DNA of 64,000 nucleotides, from IMG/VR virus record IMGVR_UViG_3300037418_001469; one strand, 5' to 3'. Source of the DNA: a virus. Within the stretch, counting starts at the first letter, position 1. Every line of letters begins with the position of its first letter. This document shows, one piece after another, positions 1 through 9,388 of the stretch. A program made the translations under genes and the position numbers. The notes beneath the pieces were generated by a model, which made no database searches, was not told where the DNA came from, and worked only from the letters and a program-made list of their open reading frames with translations.

Positions 1-209
1 ATATCATTTCCTGTTATAGACATAAGTGCTGTTATACCAAAATACACACTTTCTATAAATAAAGCTAATGATGCTATTGTTAGTGGAAATAGTAACGAAG
101 GTCTATGTGTATTTGTCTTAGATGTTGCTATAATTACTCTTAATAATTGAAAGAAAACTGAACCCCATGATAACACAGATATAATATATATAAATAGAAC
201 CCACAGCAA
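1..209 (-). CDS. membrane protein, partial (runs off window); possibly lysis-cassette associated
   Basis: TTG start at 209 downstream of GAGGTG; open frame MLWVLFIYIISVLSWGSVFFQLL...LFPLTIASLALFIESVYFGITAL with two hydrophobic segments; not in the ORF track. Confidence 0.6.
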   Translation of the reverse strand, partial: MLWVLFIYIISVLSWGSVFFQLLRVIIATSKTNTHRPSLLFPLTIASLALFIESVYFGITALMSITGND

Positions 210-210
210 A

Positions 211-447
211 TCAATGCACCTCTTTCTTATGATGTTTATTGTTGTTAATAGAAGATAAACTTTCATTGATAGTTCTAATAGAAGTTAGAATCTCGTCATA
301 TTGTTGCATTTTAGGCTCACTAGCTTTAGCTTTCATATATACTACACGCTGTTGTGCTTTTTTCTTTCTAGCCCTTATGTCATATTCGTATCTCAGTATT
401 ACTCCTACTGTTATTCCCATTACCAAATACATTAAATGTAATATCAT
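211..447 (-). CDS. small membrane-anchored protein (holin/spanin-like position)
   Basis: N-terminal TM helix followed by a basic coiled segment; overlaps stop of upstream gene. Confidence 0.6.
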   Translation of the reverse strand: MILHLMYLVMGITVGVILRYEYDIRARKKKAQQRVVYMKAKASEPKMQQYDEILTSIRTINESLSSINNNKHHKKEVH

Positions 448-725
448 CTGTTACCACCGCCATTAATATTGTTGGCTGTCATTACAGTATGTAATATTTT
501 AATAGTGAGCAACATCTCTTGCGAAATTTCTGCTTGCTTATTACTAGCCAACTCAATCCTATCTAATCCTTCTTCAATCTGGTCTAGTCTAGACTGTATA
601 TTTTCCCCTTTTCCCCAATTCTTATCTAGTCTCCACAGTGCCCACCCTGCTACAACTATAGGGAATCCAAACTGCTTAACTGCATCCATAATAAGTTTAA
701 AAACCTCTTCAACCATAGATACCAA
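444..725 (-). CDS. putative holin (YvrJ/BhlA-like)
   Basis: FGFPIVVAGWALWRLDK single TM followed by coiled coil; lies at end of tail module. Confidence 0.6.
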   Translation of the reverse strand: MVSMVEEVFKLIMDAVKQFGFPIVVAGWALWRLDKNWGKGENIQSRLDQIEEGLDRIELASNKQAEISQEMLLTIKILHTVMTANNINGGGNR

Positions 726-740
726 CCTCTTTCCTATTGA

Positions 741-1280
741 TTATGTAGTGTCGTCCTTCTTCCACACACCTGCTACTTTTACCCATACAGTTTTAGACTT
801 CTTCCATACACCTGCTACTTTTACCCACGCAACACCTTTGTCCCAATCACCCGAATGTTTGACCCACATCTTTCCACTTACTTCTATTGTATTTAGTGTA
901 AAAGTCGTTTGAGCTAAATCAACTCTACCATAATATGTGCCACTCAAAGTAACCTCAACATCAAAATACCCATCAAGTGAGAATGAACCTTCACCAGTAG
1001 TGGTATTATGTTGTATTGTAAAGGTTATCCTATGTATTTCTTTTTTTTCACCATCATTGATTGAAGCTAGATATGCTCCTGACGCTGTATTCCATGTTCC
1101 ACCATTATACTGTATAGCACAGGTCTTAGTGGCTGTTGAACGAACTGCATATGTTCCACCCCAATATAGAATAGCAGTTACAGTAGAGGTTTTTGCAGTA
1201 GTGTTTTGTGTAGCTGACCAATCTAATTGTAAATACCAATCTGTATTAACAATGGTTTTAATCTTTCCACTCAATGCCAT
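741..1280 (-). CDS. minor tail/fibre-associated protein
   Basis: beta-rich N-terminal domain (WSATQNT..STVT) and C-terminal repeated WVKVAGVWKK. Confidence 0.6.
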   Translation of the reverse strand: MALSGKIKTIVNTDWYLQLDWSATQNTTAKTSTVTAILYWGGTYAVRSTATKTCAIQYNGGTWNTASGAYLASINDGEKKEIHRITFTIQHNTTTGEGSFSLDGYFDVEVTLSGTYYGRVDLAQTTFTLNTIEVSGKMWVKHSGDWDKGVAWVKVAGVWKKSKTVWVKVAGVWKKDDTT

Positions 1281-1309
1281 CTATTGAACTCCTTTCCTGT
1301 TTATATGCA

Positions 1310-1335
1310 GGGTAGCATTGTAATTAATACTACCC
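1310..1335 (-). terminator. hairpin, possible terminator
   Basis: GGGTAG...CTACCC stem between genes. Confidence 0.35.
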
Positions 1336-1347
1336 ATTAACAACATA

Positions 1348-4300
1348 CTAATATTGTATGTATATATCTCCGTCTGACCCACCTGTAGGTGTAGCAGTTC
1401 CCCACTTTATAGTATCATTCACTGTAGCTACAGTATATCCATTTACGGTTACAGTACCTCCAAACGGATTTAACGAAAGATTAGCACTTGCACCATTATT
1501 TGCAACCTGTATTTCATTATTATCAAATCTCATGCTAATTCCTGAATCAACACCTATTTGGAATCCATGACTGGTACTAGTAAGTGAGGATATATCTCCT
1601 GCGTTCATTATATACCATCTTCCACCTTGGTCAGTGTTCATTCTTACATCACCGTTAGTGGAAAATAAGAGCTTCTCTACTCCGCCTACATTGATTGAGC
1701 CTGCTGAGTCAAATTCAAATGTTTTACCTGTGGTTGCATATGTAGAGTTTGTTGCGGAGTTCATACCAGTTCTAATAAACACACTATTATCAGATGTTAG
1801 ATATAGTTGTTCTGTTCCTGCTGTATTTCCAGTGCTTGCGGCTAAGAACCCGTCTACAAAAACATCAGCAGATTCACCTGCTCCTACTACAGTAAGTCCT
1901 CCTGCTCCAACCTTGACACCATATCCATTAACAGTTGGACCAAGAAGTTTTATTGCATTAACACCCTCAACATCAATACCTGTATTATAAGTAAAATTTA
2001 AATCGCCTGTCATTTTATTTACACCAGTAGTCTTGACTAGAGTACTATCGTTTCCTGCATGCCAAACATTATTTCCAACTACTTGTAAATTTCCTGCATT
2101 TAAAGTTTTGTTAACAGCAAAAGTAGAACCATCTCTTAGATTAAAAACACCACTTGAATCCAAAGCAAGTTGTCCTTGAACCCTGCCTCCCCAATGAAAG
2201 GCAAGAGCAGGTGCATAAGCATTTGAGCTTTGAGTAGTTGTGACATTATTGACTTCTCTTATCTCTATAGCTGATGTGTTATATGCACCAGAAGTGTCAG
2301 TTGCATAAAACTCATGATTTCCTGCAATTATAGCATCTATATCGCTTCTAATAAATTGAGATGAATCTAAGTTGTCAAGTTTATCTGAATCAACTGCCTT
2401 AGCACCTGCTTTTAGATAGCGAACATCAGTATCTTGACCTGAGTAATATAAATTTGTTGCATTTATTATTCCATTAGCATCTATCTTGTATGTTGAGTTT
2501 GGTGTTGTTGTTGCTATTCCAAGTGAACCACCACTACCATATAGAGTTGGACCTGTACTGCCTAGCTTAAGTGCTCCTACAGCAGTATTAGCTACACCAT
2601 ACAATCCCATAGTATTAGCAACATTTATATCCCACAGAGAAGATTCGTCACCTACTTGTATACTCTTAGTGTTGTTTCCAGGGGAGTATATTACACCAGT
2701 AACATTAACATCACCAGAGACATCTAGCTTGTAAGCAGGAGCCGAATTACCTATTCCTATTCTTCCGCCAGTTGTTAATGTCATTAAATCTAAGGCAGTA
2801 CTGTTCCAAAATCTTAAGTTCGAATTATCCCATCTGATTGTTTTAACACCATTTCCAGTTCCGATGGCTTGAAACACATCTCCATTAGACCTGCTTATAA
2901 TTGTACTATCTGCACCAATTACTCCTGCAACATCAAGACGATATGCAGGTGTCATTCCTAATCCTACATTTCCTTCTACATATAATCCGTTAGATGGGGC
3001 GCTGTTTGAATATGAAGATGAAACTACTAACGAGCCAACTTTCATGGATTGAGCAGTTCCAGTGTCAGTGTAAACATTTAAAAGGCTAGGAGAGTATATG
3101 TTATCTTGAACTCTGATATCCCCAACAACATCTAGTTTTTTAGTGGGTGTTGTAGTCCCAACTCCTGCACTTCCTTGCACATAAAGTCCATAGCTAGGTG
3201 CGCTATTAGAATAAGAGCTTGTTACTGCAAGCGAAGCCATTTTTACTGGCAATGCCCCTCCTGCATCATTTAAAAATCCAAGAGAAGATATGCCACTATA
3301 TATATTTCCACTTATTCTAGCGTCACCTTTTACATCTAAAAGTTTAAGTGGGCTTGTAGTCCCAATTCCCACATTTCCACCTGATAATAAAGTTAAAACA
3401 TCATTAGGTGTTGTGTTTCTTATGTGTAAATTTCCTGAGCCAAAATCTATATAAGCCTCTGAGTTATTGTGGTGTAATCTTAATCTATCTCCTGAGTCAG
3501 CATTGTTACCAATATAGATACTATCTCCATTGCGAAGTTTAATATTTCCTGCTACATCCAACATCTCAACAGGTGTGTCTGTGCCAACACCTACATGACC
3601 AACACCAGTAAATGAAATGTCAATATTGGCAGGATTAGCATTAGAACTAAATTGAGTGGAAGCAGGACCTCCTATGTACATTTTTAAGGTTGTGCTATTG
3701 TACTTTATACCTCCCCAAGTATTATAGTCCCAAGAATTTGAATCACCAAATCTAAGTTGGTTCAAACTTCTTATAGCTAGGTTTCCAGTGCTTCCAACAT
3801 TATCTATCGAAACACCATCTATCTTAATACCTGAGTCCGCACTCATAGAAGTGGTCATATTAAGTGGACCAGTAGTACCTATAGCTCCACCTGTTGCAAT
3901 AGTGAATTTACCGTTCATATAATTAAATTGACCATTAGTAGGTACATTGAGGGTAGCACCATTATTACCAACTTGAAAAGTTCCATCTGTTCTCATAGTA
4001 CCTGCGTTTTGATAAAATGACTTACTGCCAGTTGTACGAATCCAAGTTGTGTCAGTCATATTAAAACCGCCACCATATGTATCAAATGAAAGTGTATTAG
4101 AACTATATATGCCTATTCCACCACTTGCAGTTATCTTACCGCTAGCTGTCAAAGTGCCTTTCGTCCATGTATTCCCCGTAGAATCAACTGTAAGCCTATC
4201 AACATCACTTGTTCCCTGTATTCTAAAAGTACCTGCACTACCTGAGCCTGTTCCACCGATTCTAATTCTAGGGTCATTATTATACCAACCTAGATATGCA

Positions 4301-4725
4301 ACAGCGCTTGTATTAGTGGGATTTTGTGTTTGCAGGACACCGTTTGTGCGAACATCTCCACCGAACAATGTGTATTTACTACTGTTAGTATTGATTTCTA
4401 AATGGTCTACTGAGCTAGATACATCAATAAGACTGTATGAAGGTGTTCCGTTTATGGTTGTTATATATGCAGATTCGCTCCCACTAGAACTAAATACATC
4501 TAGTCTTTGGTTGTTTACTCCGTCATATATAATTACATTATTTCCCTGTGGGTCTATTCTTAAGTAACCAGTGTTTGCATTATCAGTAAGTACCGAATTT
4601 TTTAATGTTAGTGCTCCACCACTTATAGTTAAATTACTATTAATAGATTGTGAATTTGTGTCTGACTTTGATATAAAAGCGTTATTTAGATTGCTAGCTG
4701 TTAATAAGGTCTTCTTGCTTAACAT
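1348..4725 (-). CDS. long tail fibre protein
   Basis: repeated GNVGIGTTxP..LDVxG motifs, DSDKLDNLDSSQF fibre motif, C-terminal PTGGSDGDIYIQY. Confidence 0.8.
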   Translation of the reverse strand: MLSKKTLLTASNLNNAFISKSDTNSQSINSNLTISGGALTLKNSVLTDNANTGYLRIDPQGNNVIIYDGVNNQRLDVFSSSGSESAYITTINGTPSYSLIDVSSSVDHLEINTNSSKYTLFGGDVRTNGVLQTQNPTNTSAVAYLGWYNNDPRIRIGGTGSGSAGTFRIQGTSDVDRLTVDSTGNTWTKGTLTASGKITASGGIGIYSSNTLSFDTYGGGFNMTDTTWIRTTGSKSFYQNAGTMRTDGTFQVGNNGATLNVPTNGQFNYMNGKFTIATGGAIGTTGPLNMTTSMSADSGIKIDGVSIDNVGSTGNLAIRSLNQLRFGDSNSWDYNTWGGIKYNSTTLKMYIGGPASTQFSSNANPANIDISFTGVGHVGVGTDTPVEMLDVAGNIKLRNGDSIYIGNNADSGDRLRLHHNNSEAYIDFGSGNLHIRNTTPNDVLTLLSGGNVGIGTTSPLKLLDVKGDARISGNIYSGISSLGFLNDAGGALPVKMASLAVTSSYSNSAPSYGLYVQGSAGVGTTTPTKKLDVVGDIRVQDNIYSPSLLNVYTDTGTAQSMKVGSLVVSSSYSNSAPSNGLYVEGNVGLGMTPAYRLDVAGVIGADSTIISRSNGDVFQAIGTGNGVKTIRWDNSNLRFWNSTALDLMTLTTGGRIGIGNSAPAYKLDVSGDVNVTGVIYSPGNNTKSIQVGDESSLWDINVANTMGLYGVANTAVGALKLGSTGPTLYGSGGSLGIATTTPNSTYKIDANGIINATNLYYSGQDTDVRYLKAGAKAVDSDKLDNLDSSQFIRSDIDAIIAGNHEFYATDTSGAYNTSAIEIREVNNVTTTQSSNAYAPALAFHWGGRVQGQLALDSSGVFNLRDGSTFAVNKTLNAGNLQVVGNNVWHAGNDSTLVKTTGVNKMTGDLNFTYNTGIDVEGVNAIKLLGPTVNGYGVKVGAGGLTVVGAGESADVFVDGFLAASTGNTAGTEQLYLTSDNSVFIRTGMNSATNSTYATTGKTFEFDSAGSINVGGVEKLLFSTNGDVRMNTDQGGRWYIMNAGDISSLTSTSHGFQIGVDSGISMRFDNNEIQVANNGASANLSLNPFGGTVTVNGYTVATVNDTIKWGTATPTGGSDGDIYIQY

Positions 4726-4825
4726 ATATCACATGACCTCCTTCTTCTCATTCTTAAACTTACTTTCCTAGCTTTTATTATGCTCTTTCTGAAACTTGTC
4801 ATTATATGTATATATTTAAGAAAAA

Positions 4826-4853
4826 GACTCGCAAATTCGTCAGTAAGCGAGTC
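4826..4853 (-). terminator. intrinsic terminator candidate
   Basis: GACTCGC/GCGAGTC stem followed by a U-tract on the minus strand. Confidence 0.5.
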
Positions 4854-6084
4854 TGTAAATACCTTTAGGGTAAAATGGTTGGTTGCTAATATACCAAGAT
4901 GCTATTTCTTCATCTGTTCTTGCTATCTTATCTATTCTAAGTTCGTCTATTGTTCCATTAGCAACTACGCCTTTGCTACTTCCACCATCCCCACCATCTC
5001 CGCCAACATACAAATTGTTTCCTGCTATTTGACCTAATGCCTGAGTGGAGGTAAAAGAACCTGCCAACACTCCATTTTTATAAATTTTCCAATCTGTATT
5101 TTTCCATGTAACAGTAATCATAATCCATTCATCTTGTGTGAATATTGAGCCTATACTCTTACTCGCTGACCATCCACTGTCAGAGTTCCCTTTTACATAC
5201 ACAGTAAAGCTATTAATAAAGTTCCATAGAGTAATCGAACTATTACCATAATAATCTCCTATTTGCAATAGTTTAGGTGAGTTAGATTGTGCTGTAACAT
5301 AAGAAGAGGGATAGTGTGGCTTATACCATAGTGAAACAGTTCCTTCGTAAGAATTAATATAGTCAGCAGGATATTTTAAAATCCCCAAACCTCTTGTTCC
5401 GTTCACATATGAAGTCGCAATTAATTTTTGTTCAATTTGAGGTGCTACCCAATCTACCATTATTGTTTCATTAGCTACTGCTGAAGGGTTTTTAAATGAC
5501 CAAAATTTATTATCTGTTCTATCTGCTATATCGTACCATTTGGAAACGCTTCTTCTCCAACCATCATTCTGTATATATGTTCCAACATCGGTCCATCCTG
5601 CTATATTTGATGCAGTTCCTCCAACTACAATATCACTTTTATTTACAGGTCTCCAATATATTGAAGCCATATATGTATTCCCTGAGTTGTAAGTTCTACT
5701 AGAACCAAACACTCCATGACTCCACATATCATTTTGCATAGATGTAACGGCATTAGCGGATATTGGTGTCATTGACAACCTATATACTGTTGCTCCCATA
5801 TATGTCTCATTTAAGGCAACAAGTGATGCTGTCATTTGACCATTAGATGCATAGTTGTTATATATATTATAAGCACCTGTCCATAAATTTGTTGTTCCTT
5901 CTTCTACTGCTATTCCACCACCAAATTTTCCATCTCTTAGTGTAGAAATATTAGAAGTTGGCTCTATTCCATATAAAACATCATTAGCAGTAATATCCAT
6001 ATGTCCAAGAAAAACAGTATTGTTATCAACTGGAATAATTCTATTTGATAATATTAAACTACTTCCACTGTGTGAATTAGACAC
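4840..6084 (-). CDS. LamG/concanavalin-like virion protein
   Basis: GTVSLW..WIMITVTW..IYKNG..IDELRI LamG signature; paralog of 6097..7287. Confidence 0.75.
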   Translation of the reverse strand: MSNSHSGSSLILSNRIIPVDNNTVFLGHMDITANDVLYGIEPTSNISTLRDGKFGGGIAVEEGTTNLWTGAYNIYNNYASNGQMTASLVALNETYMGATVYRLSMTPISANAVTSMQNDMWSHGVFGSSRTYNSGNTYMASIYWRPVNKSDIVVGGTASNIAGWTDVGTYIQNDGWRRSVSKWYDIADRTDNKFWSFKNPSAVANETIMVDWVAPQIEQKLIATSYVNGTRGLGILKYPADYINSYEGTVSLWYKPHYPSSYVTAQSNSPKLLQIGDYYGNSSITLWNFINSFTVYVKGNSDSGWSASKSIGSIFTQDEWIMITVTWKNTDWKIYKNGVLAGSFTSTQALGQIAGNNLYVGGDGGDGGSSKGVVANGTIDELRIDKIARTDEEIASWYISNQPFYPKGIYRLAY

Positions 6085-6096
6085 TTCTCACACCTC

Positions 6097-7287
6097 CTAA
6101 TATGCATATGAGCGATAATCGTATGGATTGTAAAATGGTTTGCCTGAGATATACCAAGTACTTACTTCTTCTGCTGTTGGCATTTTTTTGTCTATCTTAA
6201 AGTCTGATAGTAATATATTTGGGTTTGCTCTTATTCCCGAGCCCAAATAGAATCCTGTTCCACTAGTATTATAGTAAGTTCCCCAATCAACAGGTGACGC
6301 TGTTGATGTTGATAGCACACCATTTATATAGACACCAAAAAATGTACTTTTATTCCAAGATACTACAACATGTGTCCACTTGTCATATAGATTAATAGCA
6401 GGTCTTAGCTGTGTTGAGCCTCCATCAGTTGCGTATGCTCTCACAAATGGGTCTAGAGTTGGAGTAATAAGAAAATCGAATCCGCCATCTATGCCTGATG
6501 AATAAACAGGGTTTGGATTATTGCCAGTGTCGCCTACACCATAAATCCAAAATGATACACAGCCTTCTAATGTGTTAATTACTTCTTTTGGATATTTTAG
6601 GAGCCCATTGTTTCTTGTTTTATTAGCGAAGGAGGTAGCGAATGGTAGTTTCTCTATTTGTGGGTCTGCTAGCTCAAATTTAGCTGTTTCATTAGCAGTA
6701 ATGTAGAAGTATGTGCCTCCTGATGTAATAGTAGGTGTCCATGTGTTTGTGATTCTTTTCCACTCCCCTATGTTCCCACTTACAACTTTTGAACTTCCCT
6801 GTGGATTCAAACCATTAGTGTCTTGTAGTATAATCGTTACATTATCTTCTGTCAGTTTTCTGCAATATATTGACCATGTGTATTGATTAGTATTTCCTGT
6901 TGTCCAAGTCGTAACACCATGATTATATTGTGCTACTTGCCAACCACTTCCTGTTGGAACTGCTTTTGATTCAAAATCAAATTGGGCAGAAGTAGTAAAT
7001 GGATTATCTAGTACAGTTACAGTTCCCTGATAGTTGTTTTTATTGATAGACCAATAGTTATCACCAACATTTGCTAGATTGTTGCCACTCATTTCCACTG
7101 CCACACCTCCCCCAAATCTACCTTCAAATGGTCGAGATGTATAAATTGCTCCTGCACTAGGCTCTATTAGATTCCCATATTGTATTCCTATCGCATCGTT
7201 ATTAAAATCAAAATGCGTAGAAGAAAAATCTACTGGTATCAAAGCATCTTTTAATATTAACTTACTACCTTTATGAGCATTAGACAC
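6097..7287 (-). CDS. LamG/carbohydrate-binding virion protein
   Basis: WTHVVVSW..YING; shares MSNxHxGSxLIL, G(K/R)FGGGxAVE, PQIE.L.ATS and WYISxxPFY with the neighbouring gene. Confidence 0.75.
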   Translation of the reverse strand: MSNAHKGSKLILKDALIPVDFSSTHFDFNNDAIGIQYGNLIEPSAGAIYTSRPFEGRFGGGVAVEMSGNNLANVGDNYWSINKNNYQGTVTVLDNPFTTSAQFDFESKAVPTGSGWQVAQYNHGVTTWTTGNTNQYTWSIYCRKLTEDNVTIILQDTNGLNPQGSSKVVSGNIGEWKRITNTWTPTITSGGTYFYITANETAKFELADPQIEKLPFATSFANKTRNNGLLKYPKEVINTLEGCVSFWIYGVGDTGNNPNPVYSSGIDGGFDFLITPTLDPFVRAYATDGGSTQLRPAINLYDKWTHVVVSWNKSTFFGVYINGVLSTSTASPVDWGTYYNTSGTGFYLGSGIRANPNILLSDFKIDKKMPTAEEVSTWYISGKPFYNPYDYRSYAY

Positions 7288-7314
7288 TTAAACTCCTCCT
7301 TTTATTTTACGTCT

Positions 7315-7328
7315 GCCCCCGAAGGGGC
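7315..7328 (-). terminator. GC hairpin
   Basis: GCCCC-CGAA-GGGGC (UUCG tetraloop on the minus strand). Confidence 0.5.
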
Positions 7329-7333
7329 ATTTA

Positions 7334-9376
7334 TTAATAAGCCTCAATGCTTACATCTACAATTACATCAGATTCACAAACATCATCTAATTCTATAGTT
7401 ACAGCATTTACTGTTTTATTTGTCCATCTAACATGTGGTTCAAAACTATTACAAGATAGCCTCACTGTATAATTGGAGATATTTTGATTGTGAGTCCATA
7501 CTATTGATGTAGTTCCTGTTGTAAATGTTAAGGATGTGTTTGTTCCGCTATTCTTTATTGGCTTACTAAATGCAATCGTTGGATTTGTTGATGTTACGGA
7601 GTTGTTTATGCTTAGTATACCATTTGCATTTAGATTTCCATTTGCTTGCGTAAACGGTTTCCATTCTCTTGTGTCAGTTATATGGATATTTTGTATGCTT
7701 CCTATGTTTTGAGGGACTAGAACTACTGCCAATTTAACAGCGTCAGCAGGGATGCTTGGCTCAGTAGGAGTTGATGCAGGAGTTCCTGTCGCAACAGTTA
7801 CAACTCCTTCATTTGCACCTGCACTAGAACCTTGCATATACACAACATCTTTTCTGTCATATGTAGCACTTGATGTAGCTAAAGATACATTTGTATTAGG
7901 ATATACAACTCTCATTCCGCTATTTGTATAAGCTGTTCCTGCGTTGACAAGCACTGTCATATTTGGTACTGTTTGTGCTACTACATTCATTCCAGTATAT
8001 ACACCCTTACCTGAAATTTCATATATGCTTTCATTCTTAGTTATGTACTTTTCTTTTACACCATTAACCATCTCTGCATTCAAGTTTGTTACAAGTGTTG
8101 TAGATGTTACAGAAATATTATTAGCAGTTACAGTTCCACTAAATTTAGCATTGCCTGATGCGTTCATGTAGACGGTAGTTCCTGCTAACTGGGTTGCATT
8201 ATCTCCTGCCAACTGAATAGCATTAGCACCACTTGTGGTTCTTACTATTAATGCTCCTGCTGTAGAAGAAGTTCCAACATATGCATTTCCACTCATTGTA
8301 AATCCTGTTAGAACTGATTGGTTTGTAGTGTTATTTGTAACATACTGAGAATGTGTATGGCTAAGGTCTACTGTTAGGTTTCCACCAGTATTTCTAGTCA
8401 CAGTCAAAGTACCATTTCCTCCTGCTGTTGAAGACAATCCAGTTACAAAAGTGTTGGTGTCTGTAGGAGTAACCCAAGTGTTGTCACCACGAAGAAATGT
8501 TGTGGCTGAACCGCCAGTAGGTATATGACCTCCTGCTCCTGTGTTTCCTGTGTGAGTTGCAAAAACACTGCTATCCAACTTATTTGCAGGAGTAAAATTA
8601 TTTGAGTGCCACACAGTATATCCACTAGAATTTAAGTCTGCTACAGAGCCGAATTTTAATTGACCAGTATTATCAATACCTAGAAATGCATTTGCACTTG
8701 TATGTACAAATTGCAAATTCACATTTGTATTGCTATTCCTTTGTAAAACCAAAGGTGTAGAACTTGAGCCTGAAACATTCAAAATGCCACTTAGTGTGCC
8801 ACCTTGGTCCGACCTTAAAAACTGACTTGAATCCAAATTATCTAGCTTATCAGAATCCACTGCTTTAGCATTGATACCTAAATACAATAAATTATGATTA
8901 TGAGACAAATCTATTGTTAAAGCAGTTAACCCACTTCTGTTTAGTGTTAATGTACCGTTTCCGCCATCTGTACTAGTCACAGAACTTACATAGTTATTTG
9001 TGTCTGTATCAGTTGGAGTTACCCAAGTTCCATCACCTCTTAGGAATGTTGTAGCAGTTCCTCCTGTAGGAATGTGTCCTTGCGAACCTATTTTGTTTTC
9101 ATGGGTATATGCCCAACCATTTGAAATGGGTACTGTTCCTCCATTAGCAGTAGTTCCATTTACGGTTAGAGTTGCACCGTTACCTTTTATTGTCCCTCCC
9201 GAGATTGTTCCAGTAGAAGTTACATTTGTTATTATTGCTGAATTTCCACTTATGATGTTTCCTGTTATGTTTCCTCCTACTAATAAATTAAAGGAGGAGG
9301 GGATAGAAGTATCCCCATTGACAGTTAGCTTACCATTTATCCTCACATCATTATCTATGTCATAGTATTTTGCCAT
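7334..9376 (-). CDS. tail fibre protein
   Basis: G/T/N-rich; duplicated GHIPTGGxATTFLRGDxTWVTPTDT; DSDKLDNLDSSQF motif. Confidence 0.75.
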   Translation of the reverse strand: MAKYYDIDNDVRINGKLTVNGDTSIPSSFNLLVGGNITGNIISGNSAIITNVTSTGTISGGTIKGNGATLTVNGTTANGGTVPISNGWAYTHENKIGSQGHIPTGGTATTFLRGDGTWVTPTDTDTNNYVSSVTSTDGGNGTLTLNRSGLTALTIDLSHNHNLLYLGINAKAVDSDKLDNLDSSQFLRSDQGGTLSGILNVSGSSSTPLVLQRNSNTNVNLQFVHTSANAFLGIDNTGQLKFGSVADLNSSGYTVWHSNNFTPANKLDSSVFATHTGNTGAGGHIPTGGSATTFLRGDNTWVTPTDTNTFVTGLSSTAGGNGTLTVTRNTGGNLTVDLSHTHSQYVTNNTTNQSVLTGFTMSGNAYVGTSSTAGALIVRTTSGANAIQLAGDNATQLAGTTVYMNASGNAKFSGTVTANNISVTSTTLVTNLNAEMVNGVKEKYITKNESIYEISGKGVYTGMNVVAQTVPNMTVLVNAGTAYTNSGMRVVYPNTNVSLATSSATYDRKDVVYMQGSSAGANEGVVTVATGTPASTPTEPSIPADAVKLAVVLVPQNIGSIQNIHITDTREWKPFTQANGNLNANGILSINNSVTSTNPTIAFSKPIKNSGTNTSLTFTTGTTSIVWTHNQNISNYTVRLSCNSFEPHVRWTNKTVNAVTIELDDVCESDVIVDVSIEAY

Positions 9377-9388
9377 CTATCTCACTCC

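Noticed and set aside
1348-9376. Diversity-generating retroelement or invertible fibre cassette
   Set aside because: Shared fibre motifs are diverged at synonymous sites; I saw no reverse transcriptase, no adenine-specific TR/VR pair and no flanking inverted repeats
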